NCBI GenBank assembly: GCA_003574845.1
Contig: NDHY01000002.1
Coordinates: 142,317-165,074, forward strand
Direction of reading: 5' to 3'
DNA length: 22,758 nt
Origin: a candidate division NPL-UPA2 bacterium Unc8
GTDB lineage: Bacteria; NPL-UPA2
Below, piece after piece: positions 16,402 through 22,758 of the stretch (the first letter of the stretch is position 1; each line of letters begins with the position of its first letter). The position numbers and the translations under genes are program-made. The notes beneath the pieces were generated by a model. The model saw nothing but the letters and a program-made list of their open reading frames with translations, had not been told where the DNA came from and searched no databases.

Positions 16402-16504
16402 AAGGGGCTCTGGTGAGCGCAGAGCCGATTATGACGCAGGCCACAGGCCGAGTAATAAGAAAGGCCAAGTAAGCCAGAGCCCCTTGCGAAAAATAGACTT
16501 GACC
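16402..16504 (+). repeat. 103-bp structured interspersed repeat, copy 2
   Basis: Same orientation as copy 1; stem AAGGGGCTCTGGT/GCCAGAGCCCCTT; followed by CTTTGTGC octamers at about 16517-16537. Confidence 0.95.
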
Positions 16505-16538
16505 CCCGATCCCTTGCTTTGTGCCTTTGTGCCTTTGA

Positions 16539-17252
16539 TTAATCCCCTCCATGAGGATTCCAGTAAAAAGGACCGGGATTACCCTCATGCCAGCCCCAGG
16601 GCTTATCCGTGCGAAACTCCTCTATGTGCCAGCGGACATGCCCATCCACGAATAAAAGGCAGGCTCCACCTTTATGGCGGCGAGCAGTTACTACCCAGCT
16701 TCCGGTCGGGGTAGTATGAGGGGTCCCACTTCCATCGGCTACTCCATCAAAGACCAATACCGTCTTTGATGGAGAAGGAATAGAGTCAATTAATCTCCAG
16801 TGAGCACCTGTAGTTGCCCCGTGCTGCGTTCTTCCCAATCGATTATTGAGCTTGTAGCTATAATTAAATGTTGCGGCAGCCGTATATGAGGGGCATTGCT
16901 TAATTCTGGTGCGGGCAATATCAGTTTCCCCTGGACACTGCTTCATAGGCAAGTAAGGATTTATCGCTTCAAACCAGGTCTTGCTAAAATCCAGCTTTGG
17001 CAGAAAACCATGATTGCTGATGGCATACATATGAAAAGCAAGTCCAACCTGCCGGAGATTACTCTTGCATACCGCCTGCTTTGCCATTCCTCTTACCCTG
17101 CTAAGAGCAGGTAAAAGTATTGCGGCAAGAATAGCAATTATGGCGACAACCACCAACAGCTCAATCAGGGTAAACCCCGTTAGAGATTTATCTCTAAACG
17201 GGGTAAACCCTCGCCTGCTTTTACTCAGCCTTTCTGTTAGCTCCACCAACAT
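16539..17252 (-). CDS. Prepilin-type N-terminal cleavage/methylation protein with H-X9-DG C-terminal domain (DUF1559-like)
   Basis: [36 protein letters not shown] and [15 protein letters not shown]. Start placed at ATG 17252 because the track's extension runs through the tRNA. Confidence 0.92.
   Translation of the reverse strand: MLVELTERLSKSRRGFTPFRDKSLTGFTLIELLVVVAIIAILAAILLPALSRVRGMAKQAVCKSNLRQVGLAFHMYAISNHGFLPKLDFSKTWFEAINPYLPMKQCPGETDIARTRIKQCPSYTAAATFNYSYKLNNRLGRTQHGATTGAHWRLIDSIPSPSKTVLVFDGVADGSGTPHTTPTGSWVVTARRHKGGACLLFVDGHVRWHIEEFRTDKPWGWHEGNPGPFYWNPHGGD
17168..17210. repeat. REP-like palindrome inserted in frame in the prepilin leader
   Basis: ACCCCGTTAGAGAT-TT-ATCTCTAAACGGGGT (17174-17204) with GGGTAAACCC direct repeats 33 nt apart. 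Confidence 0.88.
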
Positions 17253-17286
17253 TATCTTATTCTTGCCTATCAGTATCTCGGAGCTA

Positions 17287-17360
17287 CACGCCTGCCGCGA
17301 CTTGAACGCGGGACCTTTGGGTCCGCAACCCAACGCTCTATCCAACTGAGCTACAGGCGC
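17287..17360 (-). tRNA. tRNA-Arg, anticodon GCG (CCA not encoded)
   Basis: GCGCCTGTAGCTCAGTTGGATAGAGCGTTGGGTTGCGGACCCAAAGGTCCCGCGTTCAAGTCGCGGCAGGCGTG; acceptor GCGCCTG/CAGGCGT, anticodon arm TTGGG-TTGCGGA-CCCAA, T arm CCGCG-TTCAAGT-CGCGG. Confidence 0.96.
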
Positions 17361-17378
17361 AACTCTCTTTTAGTTGCA

Positions 17379-17407
17379 ATTCTAACAAGTCAGCTATCAG
17401 AAATCAA
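17379..17407 (-). promoter_or_regulatory. sigma70 promoter for tRNA-Arg, probably also the prepilin gene
   Basis: Minus strand TTGATT N17 TAGAAT with TG extension. Confidence 0.65.
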
Positions 17408-17490
17408 GCTTCCTCAACATTATAGCCAAGATACATGTTATTGTATCATAGAGCATGCTATCAGTTCTATCTAAGTTCACTATCTTTAGC

Positions 17491-17519
17491 TTGACATATT
17501 ACAGAATATCCCTTATAAA
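17491..17519 (+). promoter_or_regulatory. sigma70 promoter for the polysaccharide deacetylase
   Basis: TTGACA (17491-17496) N17 TATAAA (17514-17519). Confidence 0.7.
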
Positions 17520-17575
17520 AAATCTTAATCTACCTGCGAAGAAAAAGGCAGGAGGATTGACAGGAGGAGAAGAAA

Positions 17576-18247
17576 GTGGTGGTGAAGACTTTTCGCCGTA
17601 AGAGACGGATGCAATATAGAAATAGGTCCGGGGTTATCTACTGGCACGGGGCCCCGGGAAAGAATCAGATTGCTCTAACTTTTGATGATGGTCCCGGTGA
17701 CCCACATACTCTTAAAATTCTTGATATCCTTAATGAGCATAAAGTCAAAGCCACCTTCTTTATGGTAGGTAGAAATGTGAAAAACTTCCCCGAGATTGCC
17801 CGCAGGGTAGCAGAAGAAGGACATACCATTGGCAATCATACTTATAATCATCGCGGGCAGACCTTAGCCACGCCATCTATGGCAATTGTTGAAATAAAGC
17901 AAACCGAAGATGTCATTAAAGAGGCAACCTCTATCTCTCCTAAATTCTTCCGCCCTCCATATGGAAATGCCAACCGCTGGGCGCTGCGCCAGGCGGAAAA
18001 ATTAGGATACATTATTTGTTTGTGGTCAATAAATGCCGGTGACGGGCTGGGGGGCAACTGGCGAAGAATTGAGAAAAAAGTTCTCTCCGAAAGTGAAGAT
18101 GGAGTAATTATCTTAATGCATGATAAGGGACGTTTTTCCACTCAACATAGTCAAAAATCAACAGCACTTGCCCTTCCCCGGATAATATCTTCACTTAAAG
18201 AAAGCGGCTACCGATTAGTTACACTAACCGAGCTTCTTGAATTATAA
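17576..18247 (+). CDS. Polysaccharide deacetylase (CE4/NodB domain)
   Basis: ALTFDDGP, KATFFMVG, GNHTYNH, FRPPYG and IILMHD motifs; AGGAGG SD. Confidence 0.96.
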   Translation: MVVKTFRRKRRMQYRNRSGVIYWHGAPGKNQIALTFDDGPGDPHTLKILDILNEHKVKATFFMVGRNVKNFPEIARRVAEEGHTIGNHTYNHRGQTLATPSMAIVEIKQTEDVIKEATSISPKFFRPPYGNANRWALRQAEKLGYIICLWSINAGDGLGGNWRRIEKKVLSESEDGVIILMHDKGRFSTQHSQKSTALALPRIISSLKESGYRLVTLTELLEL

Positions 18248-18261
18248 CCCCGTTATTCTGA

Positions 18262-19677
18262 CTACAGTTCTTTTCTCAAGTTTGATGGAAGTATATTTAA
18301 GCTCCTGCGATACTTTGCTGATGTTCTGCGGGCAATATGCATTCCCCTTTCCTGGAGCTTTCTGGTAATTTCTTCATCACTTAAGGGACAGTGCTTATCT
18401 TCTTCTGCTATGAGCTTTTGAATTGCCACTTTCACCCCTCGGGAAGAAATAGCGCCTTTGTCAGTAGCTACCTCCCCACTGAAGAAATGCCTTAACTTAA
18501 AGATTCCATGAGGGGTATCAATATACTTTTCCATCGTTACGCGGCTTATCGTTGACTCATGCATTCCAATCTCGGTGGCAATCTCCCTCATCGTAGCTGG
18601 CTTTAGCCACTTCGGTCCCCTATCAAAAAACTCTTTCTGCTTCTTAACAATGCACTCCGCTACTTTAATGAGCGTTCTTCTCCTCTGTTCAATACTTTTA
18701 ATGATCCACTTTGCCGCTCTAAATTTCTCCAATATGTATTGACGGGCACCGGGGTCCTGATTACCATCTCCTTTCAATTGCCGATAAAATGGGCTGACAC
18801 GCAGTCGCTGGAGCCCTTCATCATTAATCATTATATGATATCCATCATCCACTTTTTTGACGATGAGGTCTGGAACAATAGGTCGGGCATCTTCCCGAGA
18901 TATCCTCATTCCCGGCTTTGGCTCAAGGCAGGCAATCGCTTTCACTGCCTCGTTCACTTCTTCAGTAGATATTCCAAGATTACGGAGAATTTTTTTGTAC
19001 CTCTTCCTTTTCAAGTCCTCCAAATGAGACTCTATAATTTTCTCCTGAAGCGTCCCTTTCTTTCCAAGGCTTCGCAATTGCAAGAGGAGGCATTCTTTAA
19101 GACTTCTTGCTCCAACACCAGGAGGAGCAAAGCGATGAATAATGGAAAGGACTTTTTCTACTTTCTCATGCGAAACCCCCAGGTCACTTTCAATTTCACC
19201 TAAAGATGATTGCAAGTAACCATCTTCATCTATATTACCAATTATTGTTTCTCCTATTTTCCTCTCTTCAGGAGAAAGGACCATCAGATGTAACTGCCAC
19301 AGAAGGTGGTCTTGAAGTGAAAGAGGTTTTGTTATAGAAGCTTTAACGTATTCTTCTTTCTCTTCGTCAGATTGTTCCTGACCAGGAAGAGTGGTGCTAT
19401 GGAAGTATTCCTCCCACTCCTGCTCAAATCTGGCTAATCTTTCCATCTCCTCCTGAAGGTCAGGCTCAATCTCGTCTTTTCTTAACTCTTTGAGTATTTC
19501 TTCATCATCTGAAGATGATTCATCCTCTATTTCTTCCAGAAGAGGATTCTGAATGAGCTGCTGCTGGAGAAACTGGCGAAGTTCCATCAACGGAAGCTGG
19601 AGGAGATATATCGCCTGTTGCATCTGTGGAGAGAGAGATAGCCTCTGTGTCTGCTTCTGCTCTAATCTCTGTTCCAT
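18262..19677 (-). CDS. rpoN: RNA polymerase sigma-54 factor
   Basis: Q/L-rich region I, NPLLE, GNIDEDGYL, PGVGARSLKECLLLQL, HESTISR, PLSDEEI and RpoN box ARRTSAKYR. Confidence 0.97.
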   Translation of the reverse strand: MEQRLEQKQTQRLSLSPQMQQAIYLLQLPLMELRQFLQQQLIQNPLLEEIEDESSSDDEEILKELRKDEIEPDLQEEMERLARFEQEWEEYFHSTTLPGQEQSDEEKEEYVKASITKPLSLQDHLLWQLHLMVLSPEERKIGETIIGNIDEDGYLQSSLGEIESDLGVSHEKVEKVLSIIHRFAPPGVGARSLKECLLLQLRSLGKKGTLQEKIIESHLEDLKRKRYKKILRNLGISTEEVNEAVKAIACLEPKPGMRISREDARPIVPDLIVKKVDDGYHIMINDEGLQRLRVSPFYRQLKGDGNQDPGARQYILEKFRAAKWIIKSIEQRRRTLIKVAECIVKKQKEFFDRGPKWLKPATMREIATEIGMHESTISRVTMEKYIDTPHGIFKLRHFFSGEVATDKGAISSRGVKVAIQKLIAEEDKHCPLSDEEITRKLQERGMHIARRTSAKYRRSLNILPSNLRKEL

Positions 19678-19680
19678 TTC

Positions 19681-20766
19681 TTAATTACCCCATCCACACT
19701 GAAAAACCTCCTCTAAAATTGACTTAAGTTTAGGTGCATTTTCTTTCAGAGAGAAGTCTTTCTCAACCGTCCTTCTTCCTGCAGCACCTAACCTCCTCCG
19801 AAGAGTTTTATCTTCAATCAATAGTGACAATTTCTCAATCCACTCGCTCTCTGTCCCGGCTAAAAATCCGTTGACACCATCCACAATTATCTCAGCATTC
19901 ACTCCAACATTTGAGGAGACGCAAGGAATTCCTATCCCCATATATTGCAATACCTTCAACCCGCACTTGCCCCTACCCCATCCATCATCTATCAAAGGTG
20001 CAACGCCGATGTCAAGCTCCCGCAAATCTGCAACCTCCTTCTCTAAACTCCACCTTTTGTTGGTTATATCCACTCCCTTAATCCGATACTCATCTGCACC
20101 AATTATATGCAAGCCAATCCTGTACTTCTGGCTGAGAGCTTTAAATACCCCTTTCAATTGCTCAAGATAAAAGGCTGTGCTCCGGCTGCCCATCCAGCCA
20201 ATGATTATTTTATCTTTTTTCTTACTTGCCTTTCGCTTAGCTGTGTATTTATCAGTATCTATAGACGTAGGTATCACCGCAACATTCCGATTAAACCTCA
20301 GGGCATAGTTCCTTAGATAATCATTACCGGTAATAACATAGCTACTCGCTTTCAAAATTTCAGGTATGCTGTTTTTATATCTAAGCCTATAAAGAAGACT
20401 ATCTCTTTGGGGTGGAGCCATAAAGATGGAATCGTCAAAATCAAAGATTATCCTATTATTCAGTCGGGAAATTGCTTTCTCAAGCACGGGATAGAACTGT
20501 GGCAAAATTTCTTTCTGTAAAAAGATAATATCATAATTTTTAATAAACCTGAGACTGGCGAGTCTCTTTAAAAATACAAGACTAAAATATGGGATTTTCT
20601 TAAGCGGATTATCAGTAAAATATACTTTTTGATAATGCTTGGAGGGTATAGCCGGATGGACATCACAATCTATTCCCTCTCTTCTCAAATAATCCAGATA
20701 TTGATAAACTCTGTATCTGCTGGATGGCCCCAACTCCGATGTTTGAGATAGAAAGAGAACCTTCAT
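19681..20766 (-). CDS. Glycosyltransferase family 4 (GT-B)
   Basis: SSRYRVYQY, IFDFDD, IGWMGS, DIGVAPL and GKCGLKVLQYMGIGIPCVSSNVG motifs. Confidence 0.93.
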   Translation of the reverse strand: MKVLFLSQTSELGPSSRYRVYQYLDYLRREGIDCDVHPAIPSKHYQKVYFTDNPLKKIPYFSLVFLKRLASLRFIKNYDIIFLQKEILPQFYPVLEKAISRLNNRIIFDFDDSIFMAPPQRDSLLYRLRYKNSIPEILKASSYVITGNDYLRNYALRFNRNVAVIPTSIDTDKYTAKRKASKKKDKIIIGWMGSRSTAFYLEQLKGVFKALSQKYRIGLHIIGADEYRIKGVDITNKRWSLEKEVADLRELDIGVAPLIDDGWGRGKCGLKVLQYMGIGIPCVSSNVGVNAEIIVDGVNGFLAGTESEWIEKLSLLIEDKTLRRRLGAAGRRTVEKDFSLKENAPKLKSILEEVFQCGWGN

Positions 20767-21710
20767 AATATGATATTCCTCACCAGGACTGCCAACATCG
20801 CTTTTAATTTTGACCTTGTGCCTTCTCGGCTTTTCTTATCTGTCAAATGCAAGACCAATAAGATAGACATCTTCAAGCTCAAGCCAATCATAACAAGAGA
20901 TTTTAGCAAAATTACTGACAGTCTGCCGTAATGCTTTCTAAAAAATTTATACATGCTCCGGTAGGTTTCAACCAGACTCTTACTTTTATTTTTGTTGGTG
21001 GCTGTTCCTCCATAATGAATTACCTGAGCCTGAGGAATAAAATATATCTTCCAGCCCCGTTTTTTTATCCGATAACACCAGTCAACTTCTTCGTAATACA
21101 TATAAAACTGCTCGTCCAGAAGCCCAACTTCATCTATTGCCTTAAGTCTCACCATAAGGGCCGACCCCATCGGTTGGTCAATCTCTCGGACACTGTTATG
21201 CTCCCAATAACTCATCTTGTATTTTCCAACAATTCTATTTTTAGGAAATAGTCTGTTTAATAGAGTTTCTTCAAAGAATGTTGTTAGAAGCGTAGGGAAA
21301 CTTCTGCAGGAAGGTTGTAAAGAGCCATCTGGATTTAATATTTTAGGTCCCAATACACCAACACCGGGATGTTCATCCATAAATACCATCATTTTCTCCA
21401 GGGCATTTTCTAAGACAACTGTATCGGAATTTAACAGCAAAACATATCTTCCCTTACTTCGCATGATAGCTTGATTATTAGCCTTTGCAAAGCCTGCATT
21501 TTCTTTATTCTTAATTAACTTAACTTTCGGAAACTCCTTTTCAACCATTTTTGTGCTGCCATCCTCAGAAGCATTATCCACCACAAAAATCTCATAGTCA
21601 ATACCATGGGTATTTTCATATATTGATTTCAGACAATCCCTTAATAAACCCTTTGTATTCCAGTTGACGATTGAAATAGATATAATCAGGGTCAGGTCTC
21701 CACATTCCAC
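20763..21710 (-). CDS. Glycosyltransferase family 2 (WbbL/rhamnosyltransferase-like); start uncertain
   Basis: IVNWN, VVDNASEDGS, NAGFAKANN, LLNSDT and FYMYYEEVDWCYR motifs; the only standard start codon upstream of IVNWN (GTG 21710) is inside the transposase 3' end. Confidence 0.9.
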   Translation of the reverse strand: MECGDLTLIISISIVNWNTKGLLRDCLKSIYENTHGIDYEIFVVDNASEDGSTKMVEKEFPKVKLIKNKENAGFAKANNQAIMRSKGRYVLLLNSDTVVLENALEKMMVFMDEHPGVGVLGPKILNPDGSLQPSCRSFPTLLTTFFEETLLNRLFPKNRIVGKYKMSYWEHNSVREIDQPMGSALMVRLKAIDEVGLLDEQFYMYYEEVDWCYRIKKRGWKIYFIPQAQVIHYGGTATNKNKSKSLVETYRSMYKFFRKHYGRLSVILLKSLVMIGLSLKMSILLVLHLTDKKSREGTRSKLKAMLAVLVRNIIL

Positions 21711-22633
21711 ACTTTCTCTAATTGACTTATTAAATTATTTAATTGTCTGTCTTCTTTTCTTTTTCGCTCTAACCTTAGGCACAATTGGCTTACCCCTGTA
21801 TCTCCTATATTACCATAAAAACTGGCTATCTCATTTAAAGTCTTTGCTGTATATTTACGACTTAGATATATTGCGATTTTTCTTGAGAACCCTTCATCTT
21901 TCACTGCCTCTTTAACTTTGGATATGATATCTGCTAAAGAAGGTCTTTTCTTTAGTCTTTCAATATCGGGAATTTCTCTGTCTGATTTATCCTTTATAAA
22001 TTTGTCTCTAATCCACTCAACAAAATCATGATTTGCCAATATGGAGCCGGCTGTTATATTGTCTTTTATTACATCTATTTCATTCCCTATATGCTCTATA
22101 ACAAACTTTCTATATAAAACTCTTGCTTTTTTGAGGTCTTTATCAAACATAGATAGAATGAAGTCGGTCTTCAACCAACCGGGTGAGTTTATCTCAGATA
22201 GGAAAAATTTGTAGCTTGACCAGGGATAATCTTTAGGGTCTTTTACCAGCTCTGCTCTTATAGGGTTGAGGTGAATATATCTGGAAAGATGATGCAGATA
22301 TTCATCTGCCTGAACTAATATAGCTTTGTATCTGCCCTGGAACAGATGACCTGTCCTTTTTCTTTTAGTGTTAAAATAAACAGTATAACCTGTATTCAGG
22401 GTATGCATTGCTTTTGCCAAATTTGGCTCTATGGTCTCCAATATGAGGTGGAAGTGATTATTCATAATACAATAGGTGTGAATTCTTATATTATAACGCC
22501 CAGATATAAGCTCTATGTATTTTAAGAATTTCTCTCTGTCTCGATCAGATTTAAATATCTCTTTTCTTTCATTGCCTCTTTGAATGATATGATAGAAGGC
22601 GCCTGCATATTCAATCCTTAAGGGTCTGGCCAT
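21692..22633 (-). CDS. REP-associated tyrosine transposase-like protein (Y1_Tnp) with C-terminal DnaA-C-like HTH
   Basis: MARPLR, YHIIQRGN, CIMNNHFHL (HUH), GHLFQGRY, YIHLNP (catalytic Tyr), YPWSSY; C-terminal RKIAIYLSRKYTAKTLNEIASFYG. Confidence 0.92.
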   Translation of the reverse strand: MARPLRIEYAGAFYHIIQRGNERKEIFKSDRDREKFLKYIELISGRYNIRIHTYCIMNNHFHLILETIEPNLAKAMHTLNTGYTVYFNTKRKRTGHLFQGRYKAILVQADEYLHHLSRYIHLNPIRAELVKDPKDYPWSSYKFFLSEINSPGWLKTDFILSMFDKDLKKARVLYRKFVIEHIGNEIDVIKDNITAGSILANHDFVEWIRDKFIKDKSDREIPDIERLKKRPSLADIISKVKEAVKDEGFSRKIAIYLSRKYTAKTLNEIASFYGNIGDTGVSQLCLRLERKRKEDRQLNNLISQLEKVWNVET

Positions 22634-22677
22634 AAAAAAATCCTTTCTGCTCTATCTCTTTATTAGAACCAGAAAGG

Positions 22678-22706
22678 ATTATATCAAAGCTATTCTAATA
22701 TGTCAA
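22678..22706 (-). promoter_or_regulatory. Perfect consensus sigma70 promoter of the transposase
   Basis: Minus strand TTGACA (22706-22701) N17 TATAAT (22683-22678), just inside the upstream IR. Confidence 0.85.
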
Positions 22707-22758
22707 GTGTGGAGACCTGACCCTGTAAATATTGTTAGACATTGACTTAAATGTATTT

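Larger units (their letters stand above)
21687..22725 (-). mobile_element. HUH/Y1 (RAYT-like) transposase unit bounded by perfect 18-bp inverted repeats
   Basis: CAGGGTCAGGTCTCCACA (21687-21704) and its reverse complement TGTGGAGACCTGACCCTG (22708-22725); no target-site duplication seen. Confidence 0.8.

Noticed and set aside
9902-16504. The two 103-bp copies as att sites or CRISPR repeats
   Set aside because: They enclose core genes (tmk, holB, queCF); there is no integrase, cas gene or spacer array. The exact 6500-nt offset is taken as coincidence.
13833-17286. Genomic island integrated at tRNA-Arg
   Set aside because: No duplicated tRNA 3' end and no integrase found in the window.
17253-17345. 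N-terminal extension of the 268-aa ORF
   Set aside because: It is a translation through the tRNA-Arg gene.
17490-17501. CTTGACATATTA shared with the transposase promoter
   Set aside because: Half of the match is the -35 consensus itself; no IR sequence adjoins it.
17527-17558. Hairpin (CCTGC...GCAGG) in the deacetylase leader as a riboswitch
   Set aside because: Short stem with no recognisable aptamer consensus.
18246-18255. AACCCCGTTA matching the left arm of the 17174 palindrome
   Set aside because: Only 10 nt with no second arm; could be chance.
112-21915. Many short antisense or overlapping ORFs in the six-frame track (e.g. 1561-2001, 11190-11624, 12902-13303, 18739-19203)
   Set aside because: Shadow frames of well-supported genes or translations of repeat tracts, with no motifs.

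Overview
Bacterial chromosomal window, mostly housekeeping genes. The lineage is probably a PVC-related or other candidate-phylum anaerobe; this is a weak inference from the H-X9-DG prepilin-like gene, the LL-DAP aminotransferase, the PSP1/YaaT gene and the membrane-anchored CysE. Left arm, minus strand: cysE, an unannotated 54-aa ZapB-like ORF, AmmeMemoRadiSam radical SAM enzyme, Nfu, ferredoxin, argG, dapL, folK, hicB, hicA (in-frame TGA), DUF151 nuclease, a hypothetical ORF, panC, panD. Centre: exoD-like, queA, tmk, holB, PSP1/YaaT (+), queC-queF (-), an APC permease-PTS EIIA fusion (+), a lamin-tail-domain protein, a prepilin/H-X9-DG protein and tRNA-Arg(GCG) (-). Right: polysaccharide deacetylase (+), then rpoN, GT4, GT2 and a RAYT-like HUH (Y1) transposase (-). 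The most interesting signal is non-coding. (i) The HUH transposase is bracketed by a perfect 18-bp inverted repeat and has a consensus promoter plus an SD-masking hairpin. (ii) A 103-bp hairpin repeat occurs twice, with pairing-preserving substitutions and an end resembling the transposase IR. (iii) Two other REP-like palindromes are present, one inserted in frame at a prepilin cleavage site. (iv) Degenerate heptamer tracts occupy many gene junctions, are oriented with transcription and co-locate with the hairpins. Together these suggest a multi-family small-DNA-element system acting at operon junctions.
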